Part shown: positions 27,993-38,609 of the stretch, one piece after another
How the letters are laid out: each line of letters starts with the position of its first letter
Numbering within the stretch: the stretch's first letter is position 1
Assembly (NCBI GenBank): GCA_963774955.1
Contig: CAVZGV010000006.1
Coordinates: 159,224-223,223 of the forward strand
Direction: 5' to 3'
Length of the DNA stretch: 64,000 nucleotides
Origin: Candidatus Falkowbacteria bacterium
GTDB taxonomy: Bacteria; Patescibacteriota; Patescibacteriia; CAIXNZ01
Made by a program: the position numbers and the translations under genes
Notes under the pieces: generated by a model
What the model saw: only the letters and a program-made list of their open reading frames with translations
What the model was told of the DNA's origin: nothing
The model's database searches: none

Positions 27993-28496
27993 CTATAAGG
28001 CTACCTTTTTGACCCAGGTTTTTTCGCTGATGTCATCCAACGAATCTGGAGTCTTTGAAGTTACCACAATAATATTCGCCTCTGGATTCAAAGAACAAGC
28101 AAGAGTGAAAGAGTTCCCCTCTTCATCTTTCCAGTGCAGTTTGTTTGGGAACTTCCTTTGAGGCTCAAAATCCACTAAGGTAAAGAAGCAACAATTAGGC
28201 AGCTCGGAAAAAAGCATTCTGCTGATACCCAAGTGTCTTTCTAGCCAGTCTTCAAAATGTGCCAAAACCAGTTCTTCCACTTTTCTGCGGACTTCCAGCC
28301 CCACCGGAAAAGCAACATCCACAAAGTTATCATTTTCATTTTTTTTGTTCGGCCAGGCAACAAATAATCCCTGATTGCTTTTGATGACCTTCAAACCCAC
28401 TACCCTAAGCCAACCACTAACTGTCAGGTTAATCCTTGCCTTGAGTTTTTCCTGGTTAACAAAATCAACGTTAATATCAGATATTTCAATATCCAT
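27993..28496 (-). CDS. spoVG: SpoVG-family protein with C-terminal extension
   Basis: N-terminus MDIEISDINVDFVNQEKLKARINLTVSGWLRVVGLKVIKSNQGLFVAWPNKK matches the SpoVG fold signature (...GLFVAMPS). Confidence 0.75.
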   Translation of the reverse strand: MDIEISDINVDFVNQEKLKARINLTVSGWLRVVGLKVIKSNQGLFVAWPNKKNENDNFVDVAFPVGLEVRRKVEELVLAHFEDWLERHLGISRMLFSELPNCCFFTLVDFEPQRKFPNKLHWKDEEGNSFTLACSLNPEANIIVVTSKTPDSLDDISEKTWVKKVAL

Positions 28497-28640
28497 AGGT
28501 CCCTCCTTTTAAATTATACTTAAGCCTAAGCCTAGCATAAACTTTGGGTTTCTAAATGTCAAATCCTCTGTTGACAGTAATTTTCTATTATGTTAATATA
28601 TTCCTATAACTTTAGACTTTAAACTTTTAACTTAAAATTT

Positions 28641-28925
28641 ATGTCACATAAAAAAGCTGGCGGTAGTTCCGCCTATGGCCGCGATTCCCAGGCCCAAAGA
28701 TTGGGCGTTAAAAGGTACGGTGGCCAATATGTCAAGGCTGGTAATATCCTGGTTCGCCAAAGAGGTATTAAAATCAGGCCCGGCCAGAATGTCATGAAAG
28801 GCAAAGATGACACTCTATTTTCAATCATTGACGGCATTGTCAAATTTACTGAAAAGAAAATCAGAAAATTCGATAACGCTTTAACCAAAACCAAATTTGT
28901 CAATGTTTTACCAGTCAAAAAATAA
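28641..28925 (+). CDS. rpmA: 50S ribosomal protein L27
   Basis: [51 protein letters not shown] is canonical L27. Confidence 0.9.
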   Translation: MSHKKAGGSSAYGRDSQAQRLGVKRYGGQYVKAGNILVRQRGIKIRPGQNVMKGKDDTLFSIIDGIVKFTEKKIRKFDNALTKTKFVNVLPVKK

Positions 28926-28971
28926 TTCTAAAAAACGGGCATTTCAATGCCTGTTTTTTAATAAAAAACAT

Positions 28972-30771
28972 ATGTCACCAAAAAATTTCGAAAAATTTAA
29001 CCCAAGCGCAGAAATGGAAGGAAAAAAGAAGTCCAGGGAGAAATTATCTATTTTTAAAAACAAACTACTAAAAAGATTGGTCATCCCTGCCACAGTAGCC
29101 TATCTTGCCTTTGCTCCTTCTTTTAAACTCCAAGCCCAGGAAACCGAATTACCAGTAGATAAACCAGCTAAAGAAAAAACAGGCAAAGATTTACCTATGA
29201 CCTGGCAACAGCTCGAAGAACAAATTAAAAAGAAAATTAAATTACCCAAACTTGAAACCACTTTTTTACAGGAAAACGATAAGGGTGAGGCAGAATTCAA
29301 CTACTGGTCAATCCTTGCTCCGGTACAACTTGAATTTTCCAGAGAAACAAAATCCCAGAATGAAGTTATCGCTAATTTACCTTATGAATATGCCCGTCTA
29401 TTTGATTCGGCCGCACCTTTACGCGAAAAAGATAAAGAAAAAATCATTAACAATATTGACCAAGAGTTGAAAAATCAACTTGGCGAAGAATTAATCGGTT
29501 TAGACTGGAGCCAAAGAGTCCATACTCATCATAAACGTAAGCAAATGCCTTCACTTACTGAAATTGATTATATAACACTAGTCGGAACAACTTCGCCCGA
29601 AGGGCCTGAGTTAAAAGGCCCCAAAACAATTGGACCGGATGCAATTGATAGCGAAAATCTCCAATTAGGCGAACTTAGAGCCAAAAATATGGAGTCAGTA
29701 GTAAATAAGTACCTCCAGAAAAAAGGGATCAAAATTACCAAATCAGGGAAAGAAAACATGGACATGACCAATCCTGCGAATATTAAAAGTCATGAAATTC
29801 AGTTTACGCCCAAGGAAATGGAACAATTAGCCGGTATTGCTCGAGAATTAAAAGTCACAGGCGCAGATGACATGGAAATGGTTTATAACCTGATTAGAAT
29901 GTATAATGACGATCGAATTGATAAGCCCATTTTAGCCAAACAGCTGGATAAGCTTATTGCCGGTAAAAGATCAGTTGTTGTCAAACTTGGTTATGAGAAT
30001 AAAAAAGATCAAACATTATTAGTGCCGGTTCCTTTATTACTACTACTACCTTTGATTTTAAGACGACGTAAAAATAAAAATCAGCCACCAAATGAACCGA
30101 CTGTTCCCCCGACTGAGCCGGAAATTCCCCCAACTGAAGCAGAAACGCCACCTGCTGAAGGTATGCCTGAACCAACCGCTGAAACTTTAATGCCAATACC
30201 GCTAGAAAATGAAACACCACTTTCACCCGAAAAAATCACTAACACTATTCCAGAAAACGTAACGCCACTTTCACCCGAAGAAATCACTAACACTATCAAT
30301 GAACTCCCGCAAATACTGGTGGGGACAAAATTACCTTCACCAGAAAGTTCTGAATATAAAAACATGGAGGAAGCCACAGTTTGTGATGATTTGAATGTTT
30401 TTTGGAATGACCCCAAAGTTGTCAGCCGCGGCCTAAATTACCAGGGACTTACCGATGAAATGAAGACCAGCTATAACTCATTCGAGGACAACGGACAAAG
30501 GGAATTATTTTTAGCTTATAAAATTTTAAAGGCTTGGGAGTCAAATGATAAGCTCTGCCGCAAGGAAGCCGGCGTAAGCAATGAACACCTTAATGATTAT
30601 TTAGACTATGAAAAACAACCCCAACAAATACTCTGGAGCAAAATGCATGCCCGTAAAATGTTAGAATTAATTGAGACTCAAAAAAAATCCGCGGATAAAA
30701 GCATTGATGATCTTTTGACGGAAGAAGCAATCAAGCTCCAACTGCGCAGATTTGAAAAAAATCAAAATTAA
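28972..30771 (+). CDS. Membrane-anchored hypothetical protein with Pro-rich segment and a tandem 42-bp repeat
   Basis: N-terminal signal/TM, internal TM LLVPVPLLLLLPLILRRRKNK, then PPNEPTVPPTEPEIPPTEAETPP and a duplicated PLSPE(K/E)ITNTI unit (about 30210..30300). Start placed at the Met after the L27 stop; the ORF track begins at a TTG at 28897. Confidence 0.55.
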   Translation: MSPKNFEKFNPSAEMEGKKKSREKLSIFKNKLLKRLVIPATVAYLAFAPSFKLQAQETELPVDKPAKEKTGKDLPMTWQQLEEQIKKKIKLPKLETTFLQENDKGEAEFNYWSILAPVQLEFSRETKSQNEVIANLPYEYARLFDSAAPLREKDKEKIINNIDQELKNQLGEELIGLDWSQRVHTHHKRKQMPSLTEIDYITLVGTTSPEGPELKGPKTIGPDAIDSENLQLGELRAKNMESVVNKYLQKKGIKITKSGKENMDMTNPANIKSHEIQFTPKEMEQLAGIARELKVTGADDMEMVYNLIRMYNDDRIDKPILAKQLDKLIAGKRSVVVKLGYENKKDQTLLVPVPLLLLLPLILRRRKNKNQPPNEPTVPPTEPEIPPTEAETPPAEGMPEPTAETLMPIPLENETPLSPEKITNTIPENVTPLSPEEITNTINELPQILVGTKLPSPESSEYKNMEEATVCDDLNVFWNDPKVVSRGLNYQGLTDEMKTSYNSFEDNGQRELFLAYKILKAWESNDKLCRKEAGVSNEHLNDYLDYEKQPQQILWSKMHARKMLELIETQKKSADKSIDDLLTEEAIKLQLRRFEKNQN

Positions 30772-30780
30772 TGCCAATAA

Positions 30781-30810
30781 AAAACGCCCCGTGTCGCGGG
30801 GCGTTTTTTT
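30781..30810. terminator. Rho-independent bidirectional terminator (acgccccgtgtcgcggggcgt between A4/T7)
   Basis: Perfect GC-rich stem with a T-run. Confidence 0.75.
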
Positions 30811-30961
30811 ATTTTACTATTTTTCCTTCTTTACCATATTATCTATAAAACGTTGAGCATATTAAAATCTAATTTCCTTTCAAAATGTCCCCGGGGTAAC
30901 GGCTGATTAAATTTAAAAGTTTCCCCTATTGGCATTTTTGGCATAAATTTAAAAAGAATAT

Positions 30962-31657
30962 TTATTTAACCTCCGGCAAATTAAAGTCTTTGAGATCAGG
31001 CAGATTAGACATATCAGTTATTTGAACATCTTTCGGTAGTTCAAACATATTATCCGGAATCACGCTAAAATCAAAATTTTCATAATTTACCACGGTTGTA
31101 ACCTTGCCGTCGTCGGTTTCTATCCTAACCGGCAAACCATATTTTTGCCATAACCATTCCTTAGTCGTAGTACCTCCCCATTTATACTGGATAACTAAAC
31201 AATTTTTGCCGTCTACTACCTCACTACCAATGACTTCCGGCTGATACTGACTAATACTGTCCGCCTCATCAATAATTGATTTTTCCTTTTGCTGACCAAG
31301 CCCCAAGCTCATTTTAACGGCTGTATTTGCTGAAGGAGTATAAATATACATAGTCTGATCTTCCTGGTTAAAAATCGAAACAGCCTTATCGGCTTCCATT
31401 CTCATTTTATTCTCTCTAAACCAAAATTTCTGAATCATATCCGCGCCTGCGGCATCTTTAGTCACGATATCATACCTTATATTCTTAATATTTTTTGTCC
31501 GGCCCAAAAGGATATCCAAAGAATCGCTTTCCGCCAGATTGCTATTGCCCATTACCAGGGTCTGCTCGCCGTCCTGAACAAAACTTCTTTTACACCCGCC
31601 TAAAACAACTAACATTATTAAACCGATGAATAAAAAAAGGAATTTTTTATTTGTCAT
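30962..31657 (-). CDS. Lipoprotein (hypothetical)
   Basis: Signal peptide plus lipobox VLGGC. Confidence 0.55.
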   Translation of the reverse strand: MTNKKFLFLFIGLIMLVVLGGCKRSFVQDGEQTLVMGNSNLAESDSLDILLGRTKNIKNIRYDIVTKDAAGADMIQKFWFRENKMRMEADKAVSIFNQEDQTMYIYTPSANTAVKMSLGLGQQKEKSIIDEADSISQYQPEVIGSEVVDGKNCLVIQYKWGGTTTKEWLWQKYGLPVRIETDDGKVTTVVNYENFDFSVIPDNMFELPKDVQITDMSNLPDLKDFNLPEVK

Positions 31658-31772
31658 ATTGATTAACTTATTTCGTAAACTTCACCTGCTTTAATTTTAA
31701 TGCCTTTATGCAAAAAAAACAAGAAGACCCTGCAACTGCAACCGAGTCTTCCTGTTTTATATTAGAGGTAAA

Positions 31773-32234
31773 TTATGGCACAATAAAATTCGTGGTCAGA
31801 GTTTGTCCGTCCGCCAAAGTGGCTGTTACCGCATAATTTCCGCTGGGCCAGTCTTTGGTCGGTTTAGAAAACGAAAAACTACTGATTATATCGCCTTCCA
31901 TTTGAGTATCATTGGCTACGGGACCGACCTTATCACCGGATGGCAAATAAGTCAATTCAGCTGTAACTTTTAAACCGGTTTTGGCTCCGAGGATATAAGC
32001 GGAAACACCTATTTCCGGAGTAGTGGCACTAAAGCTGGTTTTATTTTCAGCAACAGTTCCCTGATCATCAAAAACATCACTAATTAAGAGTTTGGACAAA
32101 GTTGAGCCGACTACTACGGTAGTACTTCCTGTTTCTAACCCATTGGTATTGTCAACTTGATTTGTGATTAAATCTGTTTGAGTACAGGCGGTCAGCCAGA
32201 TTACTGCCGATATTAAAATAAGTAATTTTTTCAT
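31773..32234 (-). CDS. Lipoprotein (hypothetical)
   Basis: Signal peptide plus lipobox LTAC. Confidence 0.5.
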   Translation of the reverse strand: MKKLLILISAVIWLTACTQTDLITNQVDNTNGLETGSTTVVVGSTLSKLLISDVFDDQGTVAENKTSFSATTPEIGVSAYILGAKTGLKVTAELTYLPSGDKVGPVANDTQMEGDIISSFSFSKPTKDWPSGNYAVTATLADGQTLTTNFIVP

Positions 32235-32250
32235 ATCTCAGAATTTAATT

Positions 32251-33869
32251 CTAAGAAATCGCCGCCTTGATAAACTCTCTGAAAAGCGGATGCGGTTTTA
32301 GGGGCCTGGATTTAAACTCAGGATGAAACTGGGTAGCCACGAAGAATTTATGGTTCGGGACTTCGATAATTTCCACCAAACTGTTATCAGGAGATGTACC
32401 GGCAATCAACAAGCCTTTTTCTTCCAGCAATTTCCTATATTCATTATTAAATTCGTAACGATGGCGATGACGTTCGGAAATTTCTTTCTGGCCATATGCC
32501 TTGTAACTGACCGAATCTTTGTTTAAGACGCAAGGATACGCACCCAAACGCATAGTACCGCCCATTTTCTTTAATTTTATTTTATCAATCTGATCTTCCA
32601 TGGTATGCACAACCGGATATGGAGTGTTTTCATCAACTTCAGGCGTATTAGCCTTATCCAGACCGGCCATATGGCGGGCAAATTCGATTGTTGCCAATTG
32701 CATGCCATAACACAAGCCTAAATACGGTATATTATTTTCCCGGCAATATTTAATGGCCTGAATCTTGCCTTCAATTCCCCGGCTCCGAATCCGCCCGGTA
32801 CAATAATGCCGTCATACTTTTTTAATTCCGCCAGCTTACTCGGGTCTTTTTCAAATTCTTCCGAATTAATCCAGCATAATACCGGCTGACGGTTATTGGC
32901 CCAGCTCGCATGTTTAATCGCCTCAATTACCGAAATATATGAATCCGACAAAGTAAAATTGCCAGTGGCAAAATATTTACCCACAATGCCGATATTTACT
33001 TTCTCATGAGCTGAATCTATTTTCTCGATTAATTTTACCCAATCTTTCAAATCCTTACCCTTGGCTTTCAGTCCGAATTTAGCTAAAATTTTCTCCCCCA
33101 GTTCTTCTTTCTCAAAATTCAAGGGAATTTCATAAATATTATCAACGTCTGGCGCGGAAATTGCATTGCCCTTGGCAATATTACAAAAAGTTGCTAATTT
33201 TTCTTTTCTAACTTCATCCAAAGGTACGTCAGCTCGGCACAGGATAAAATCCGGGAATATACCGGTTGAATTTAAAGTCCTAACCGCAGTCTGGGTCGGT
33301 TTGGTTTTCATTTCACCGATTTTTGAAGGAATCGGGAAATAACTGACCAGCATAACAATCACATCATTAGGCACTTCTGTCCTCATCATACGAGCCGCTT
33401 CCAAAAATAAAATATTTTGATATTCTCCCACTGTCCCGCCGATTTCAATAATGGTAAAATCCGCCTTGGCCAGTTCAGCTGCTTTTTTAATGCGGGAAAT
33501 CACTTCTAAAGGCACATGGGGTACGACTTCCACACATTTACCGCCGTATTCTAAATTTCTTTCCCGTTGGATTACGCTTAAGTAAACACGACCGGTGGTC
33601 ATGTAATTTGTCGATAAAATATCTCGGTCTAAAAATCTCTCATAATTACCGATATCCTGATCAGTCTCATCACCGTCATCAGTCACAAAAACTTCGCCGT
33701 GTTCGGTCGGATTCATAGTGCCGGCATCGACATTAATATAGGGATCAATTTTTATGGCCGTAACATTATAGCCTTTACTCTGTAAAATTTTTCCGATTGA
33801 AGCGCAGGAAACGCCCTTGCCCACGCCGGACATCACCCCGCCGGCCACAAAGATAAATTTAGGAGTCAT
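32251..33869 (-). CDS. pyrG: CTP synthase PyrG, split by a single-nucleotide frameshift near 32775-32780 (two ORFs: 32718..33869 and 32251..32715)
   Basis: N-terminus [54 protein letters not shown]. The downstream ORF carries the glutamine amidotransferase motifs LCYGMQ, HRHRYE and QFHPEF. Shifting one nucleotide after GGFG restores [28 protein letters not shown]. Confidence 0.85.
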
Positions 33870-34012
33870 ATGATTGAAAAGTTTTATTAAGTTATATTAG
33901 GTTGTATGAAGTTTTATAAGGTTGCATCTTGTGTTTTAAGCAACTTTATATAACATAATAAAACATCATACAACCTTATACAACCTCAGGTTAAACCAAA
34001 AAAGAGAGGCTT

Positions 34013-34459
34013 TTAATCCTCTCTAGTGACAGTTAGTCCGACCTTGGCTGTCACTCCGGAGCCAAAATCAATCAACACATCAAAATAACCCAAACTTTTT
34101 ATCGGCTGCTCAAGCTTCACGTATTTACTTTCAATATTATAATTGCGAGCCTTTAGCTCATCTGCGATCTTCTGGGCATTTATAGAACCAAACAATGTTT
34201 TCTTCTCATCTGCCTTGGCTTTGACAATGATTTTAATATTATTTATTTTCTTGGCTATTTCCTTAAATTTTTTGGCGCGATTAGCCAAAGCCTTGGTCTG
34301 AGAATTTTTCTTTTGTTCCATCTCCCTGACTGAAAGCTCCGTTGCAATCTGCACGAGTTTGTTCGGTAGTAAATAATTGCGGGCGTAACCATCGCTCACT
34401 TGTTTTATTTCACCTGCTTTCCCCAACTCGGGTACATTTTTTACTAAAATTACTTTCAT
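34013..34459 (-). CDS. rplI: 50S ribosomal protein L9
   Basis: MKVILVKNVPELGKAGEIKQVSDGYARNYLLPNKLV is the canonical L9 N-domain. Confidence 0.85.
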   Translation of the reverse strand: MKVILVKNVPELGKAGEIKQVSDGYARNYLLPNKLVQIATELSVREMEQKKNSQTKALANRAKKFKEIAKKINNIKIIVKAKADEKKTLFGSINAQKIADELKARNYNIESKYVKLEQPIKSLGYFDVLIDFGSGVTAKVGLTVTRED

Positions 34460-34524
34460 ATTTAATAAAAAAATTAAGCTTAAAATCTTAATTTCCCCTT
34501 TCCCTTATATTACACCCAAATAAA

Positions 34525-34896
34525 CTATTTGCCAAATAAACCAGCCCAAAAACCTTTTTTCTCCTCGGTTTCTTCCGCAGGCTGAGACGCCTGTTGAGAT
34601 TCGGCGATAATTTGGTTATAAATTCGCTGCGCTTCCTGTTTAACCAGATCCGAATCATAATCGCCGCTATGGGCTGTATAACCTTCATATGAGGCCTTTT
34701 TTTGGTCCAAATGCAGGTTTAAAACCAAAGGCTCTTCAGAATTGATATACATATGGAACCTGGGATAAAAATCATTGCGTAAACGCTTAACATAGCTGGT
34801 TTGCCCTGTCCGCGAATCACGGATAAACCCATAGCCGCAGCGTCTGACCAGAAAGTCAGCTTTTTGATGTAATTTTTGAGTAAAAGTAATTTTCAT
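34525..34896 (-). CDS. Hypothetical protein upstream of rplI
   Basis: About 123 aa, no recognisable motif. Start taken at MKITF. Confidence 0.4.
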   Translation of the reverse strand: MKITFTQKLHQKADFLVRRCGYGFIRDSRTGQTSYVKRLRNDFYPRFHMYINSEEPLVLNLHLDQKKASYEGYTAHSGDYDSDLVKQEAQRIYNQIIAESQQASQPAEETEEKKGFWAGLFGK

Positions 34897-35042
34897 AATA
34901 TACTCAAATATACCATTAAAATCTAGAAAAATCAAGTTAACTAATTACCAATCAATTCCTTGACAATTTTATCTAACTAATGCTAAAATTCCCTGATGGT
35001 TTTAGGGAAAGAACATTAACAATAAGAAAAAAGGAGAAAAAA

Positions 35043-36677
35043 ATGAAAACCAGGATTATCGTGTTACTCTTCGGCCTGCTAATTAGCTTGCTGGTGATTA
35101 ATTGCGCCTGTCCCGATGATGACTGCAAAAGCTGTCCACAGAATCCACCGACGCAAACAAATAATCAGGCGTACCTATCAATAATCAACTCCAATCCGCA
35201 ATTTCATCTTGTACATGTTGGTGCGAAAAACTTTTTTTGGCAGGAAGGTCTTATATTGACCAGCTATGGTTATGAAGCGAATCCCGCCTCCCAAGAGACG
35301 GTAATTATTACCGCCATATCATTTGAGGATACATATTCAGGAACAAACAATCTGAATGAAATCAACAACCTTAGATTATTCATTCAAATTGCCAATGGTT
35401 ATTGCCCGCCGGCCGATGCTTTAAACGATGTCAGCGGTATTATAAATCTGCCGGTAGAACCAAGTCCCCAACATGCAAACATTTCTCTGACTGAACCGGT
35501 TATCTTAGAACCCGGTGATTGTGCCAGAATTAGGATTGTCGGGGACTTATCTGAAACCGCCGACACGACTACTCCAGGCAGTCATGACATGGAGTTTACT
35601 GATGTAACTGCATTCGGAGTTGAATCACTCGAAACTTTAACCGAGGACAACCAACATCTTTTTATTCATCACCAGCATGAAAGAGTGACCAACGTACCTG
35701 CCGATCCTGGACATTTGTCGATTCAGCCTGATTTGTCTGAACCATATGAGAATATTATTCTCGACAGTTCAACTTTACAGTCAGTTGCAATTTTCCGGGT
35801 AAACGCATACGGCTATGAAGATATTAACCTTCAAAGTCTCAAACTTACGGACTTAGGAAACGGCAAGGCAGCCTCAACCTGTTATCTTTTTAGCAACTCA
35901 AGAAATGACGGACAATCTGTTTCACAACCGATAGCTTCAGCCGCTATGTCTGCGACTGATCCTGCCTTTTGCGAACTTTCATTTGATGCTGTCACAGTCT
36001 CAGCCGGATCATCCGTACTTTTGACGGTCAAAGCTGATTTCAATAACATCAATGATTTCAACCTGTACGACGATGATCTATTTCAACTGGCTGTAAGCAA
36101 CCCCATGACGGATCTGACAGGCATCGGCTTAATCACAAATCAGGTAATTCACGGCCAGCCTGAAAGTCAACAGGCAACTGAAAATTACATTTTTCAGTCA
36201 AGACCTTATGTCAGTTTAAGCCCTGAATCACCTTCTGGTTTATTTGTCCCCAGCGCCATGACTCTCATTGGAATTTTTAAAATATCTGCAGCGCCTGGCG
36301 GCAATATTTCCTTCATCGATTCATTCTTAAATGGCATGTCCTTTGATATCACAACCTCCTGTGATACTATTCACAATAGCTATATCTATCTTAAAGATGG
36401 ATACAGCAATCTCTTAGATTCCGGGCAAGTATATACTTGCGATCAAAACGCTATTGCTGGGATTACATTTGTACCTAATAATTTCACCATAGTAGCCAGT
36501 ACTTCCCAAAAAATATATGTCTATTTGGACACAACCCAATTTACAGGACCAAATAATGTTATCCAAATCGGCATGAGAACTGTCCACAGCTGGGGTATAA
36601 ACAACTTCGGCGGTTACGGACATACCCATGTTATCATCCCAGGCGGCATTTATGCACCGATCCTGGTGAAACCATAA
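35043..36677 (+). CDS. Secreted hypothetical protein
   Basis: Signal peptide MKTRIIVLLFGLLISLLVINCACP. About 545 aa, Ser/Thr/Asn-rich. Followed by a terminator. Confidence 0.55.
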   Translation: MKTRIIVLLFGLLISLLVINCACPDDDCKSCPQNPPTQTNNQAYLSIINSNPQFHLVHVGAKNFFWQEGLILTSYGYEANPASQETVIITAISFEDTYSGTNNLNEINNLRLFIQIANGYCPPADALNDVSGIINLPVEPSPQHANISLTEPVILEPGDCARIRIVGDLSETADTTTPGSHDMEFTDVTAFGVESLETLTEDNQHLFIHHQHERVTNVPADPGHLSIQPDLSEPYENIILDSSTLQSVAIFRVNAYGYEDINLQSLKLTDLGNGKAASTCYLFSNSRNDGQSVSQPIASAAMSATDPAFCELSFDAVTVSAGSSVLLTVKADFNNINDFNLYDDDLFQLAVSNPMTDLTGIGLITNQVIHGQPESQQATENYIFQSRPYVSLSPESPSGLFVPSAMTLIGIFKISAAPGGNISFIDSFLNGMSFDITTSCDTIHNSYIYLKDGYSNLLDSGQVYTCDQNAIAGITFVPNNFTIVASTSQKIYVYLDTTQFTGPNNVIQIGMRTVHSWGINNFGGYGHTHVIIPGGIYAPILVKP

Positions 36678-36682
36678 TTCAA

Positions 36683-36714
36683 AGACCCCCGCAACGCGGG
36701 GGTCTATTTTTATT
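36683..36714. terminator. Rho-independent terminator (agacccccgcaacgcgggggtct plus T-run)
   Basis: Perfect stem with a gcaacgc loop, the same architecture as the terminators at 38565 and 50298. Confidence 0.75.
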
Positions 36715-37063
36715 TAGCTTTTTGAAATTTCACAATTATCACCGGATCATACTTATTACCCAGCTCATCCTGAATTTCTACTTTTTCCCCTTTCATCAAT
36801 TTGTTAAACGCCATGTCGCTGATCATTTCATTATCAGCCTCAATATCCAGTTTCAGATCTTCAAGTTTTTCAAAGTCTTTGATCATGGCTGTCTTAATCA
36901 CTTTTTCTATTTCCTTTTTCTGGATTTTTACTTTTTCCAAATCATCATTAATTTCCTGATATTCGCTGTGATGCGACAATTCGCTTTTATAAGCATCGCG
37001 GATTAATTTTTGCTTGTTTTTAAAATCTTTTACTCGGTCAAAAATTTCTTGGATTTCTGGCAT
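36710..37063 (-). CDS. Hypothetical coiled-coil protein (K/E-rich)
   Basis: 117 aa, charged and helical. Confidence 0.4.
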   Translation of the reverse strand: MPEIQEIFDRVKDFKNKQKLIRDAYKSELSHHSEYQEINDDLEKVKIQKKEIEKVIKTAMIKDFEKLEDLKLDIEADNEMISDMAFNKLMKGEKVEIQDELGNKYDPVIIVKFQKAK

Positions 37064-37448
37064 ACGCTATAAAAAGTAATAATTAAAACACCATTTCATT
37101 ATACAGGAAATCATCGGAGTTTTCAATTGTTGATAAAGTACCTTTAAAGACTTAGAATCGTATATTTAACAGATTTTTCACGATATACCCCAAAATTACC
37201 CTAAAATTTATTATACCACAAAATCTACATTTCAATTTATTCCTAAAATTAGCCCCAAAAAGCAAATAATCAGCCAAAATACTTGACAATTATTTACAAA
37301 TTTGTTAAGTTAGTCTATTGTTAAAGAAAAAGGAGGGTGGCACCTTTAAATACAAATATTAGGCAAAGGCAAAGGAAACTGTTTCGGTTAACCCGTTTTC
37401 CGTTGGAAAACGAGAAGTATCAAAAAACAAGGAAAAGGAGAAAAGAAG

Positions 37449-38540
37449 ATGAACAAAGGTTTGAAGACTTTCGTGACTGTGGTGGCCATGCTTATGCTGG
37501 CCCTGTCCTTCAACTGCGCGCCTCCCGGGACTTCGGGCGGCGGTGACCCCCCGGCCACCTCACCGGACAACCCCACCGAGGTTATTCTCGATGTCGGCAT
37601 CGACTTCACCGACGACGTCACCGGCTCGAATCCCTACTGGGATGTCAGCCCGCTTCTCGTAACCCCCGGCGTACCGCCCACGGAACTGCGCATTTTCGGC
37701 TCCATCGAGTCCCGAGCCTGCTACGATCCGTACAACTGCGCAGTCGATCGGACTTCGGAAGTCGTCGGCGGCCAGTGGCATCGCACCTACAGGGTGCCGA
37801 TCAATACGCCGCTTCATATCGGCTATTCGCTCGGCAATTACCTGCGGGCCGACGCCATTACTATCAATGGAGTACCGCTGACTACCTACCAGGCCCTGGG
37901 CACTGCCCCGGCCCAGTGGGGCGTCGCCTGCTTCATTATCAATCGCAATACGGACGGAACCAATACGGTCACCGGTAACCCCTCCTGCACCGCCGTCGCC
38001 CGGCGCGCGCAGCTCGTGGTCACCGGCGATTCGGGAGGCAGCGGCCTCAATTCATACTCCAACGGCATCTACAATATGCCCTACGACGATCCCATCTTCA
38101 TGAGTACGGGTTCGTATGTGGCCTATTCGGGTGCCGCCGGAGAAGGCCCGATAACCATCCAGACCGGTCTGTGGCAAAACCCCACACCCGGCGGCATCAC
38201 GCAGAGCATGGTCTACAACGCCACGCTCAACGCCTATGTCGAGGATATCCCCTTCCTGCTTTCGACCCAGGCCAACTTCTGGGCCCTGCATCACCCGCCC
38301 CGCGACCCGACTTGCACCGGAGCCGTTCCGGCTTGTCCCGCGGAAGTCCAGTACGGCGCTTACATGAACATCATGCCCCTGGCTGGCGGCGCCGTGCAGT
38401 GCACAACCCAGTTGTGGCACTACGTCGATTTCGACGCCACGGCAGCCTCGTACGTCGGCGAAACCTTCAACGGTTTCAATCCGACCACGAACTGCATTAT
38501 CCAGGACCCCGACACGCGCGACGCGCCTGCCGGCACCTGA
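37449..38540 (+). CDS. Secreted hypothetical protein encoded by a strongly GC-rich (likely horizontally acquired) gene
   Basis: Signal peptide MNKGLKTFVTVVAMLMLALSFNCAPP. About 60% GC versus an AT-rich genome. Native-style terminator downstream. Confidence 0.6.
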   Translation: MNKGLKTFVTVVAMLMLALSFNCAPPGTSGGGDPPATSPDNPTEVILDVGIDFTDDVTGSNPYWDVSPLLVTPGVPPTELRIFGSIESRACYDPYNCAVDRTSEVVGGQWHRTYRVPINTPLHIGYSLGNYLRADAITINGVPLTTYQALGTAPAQWGVACFIINRNTDGTNTVTGNPSCTAVARRAQLVVTGDSGGSGLNSYSNGIYNMPYDDPIFMSTGSYVAYSGAAGEGPITIQTGLWQNPTPGGITQSMVYNATLNAYVEDIPFLLSTQANFWALHHPPRDPTCTGAVPACPAEVQYGAYMNIMPLAGGAVQCTTQLWHYVDFDATAASYVGETFNGFNPTTNCIIQDPDTRDAPAGT

Positions 38541-38564
38541 TTCCCCTGACCTTTGCCACCCAAA

Positions 38565-38600
38565 AGCCCCTCCGCAACGCGGAGGGGCTTTTCTTATTCT
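38565..38600. terminator. Rho-independent terminator (agcccctccgcaacgcggaggggct plus T-run)
   Basis: Perfect 11-bp stem. Confidence 0.75.
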
Positions 38601-38609
38601 TTTTCAATC

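Noticed and set aside
28897-28971. TTG-initiated 5' extension of the membrane-protein ORF overlapping rpmA
   Set aside because: It overlaps the L27 coding end in another frame. The Met just after the L27 stop is the more plausible start.
37449-38540. GC-rich gene as a chimeric or contaminant insertion
   Set aside because: The flanks within 100 bp are host-like, and the downstream terminator shares the genome's characteristic ccgcaacgcgg-loop architecture. Read-level confirmation is still advisable.
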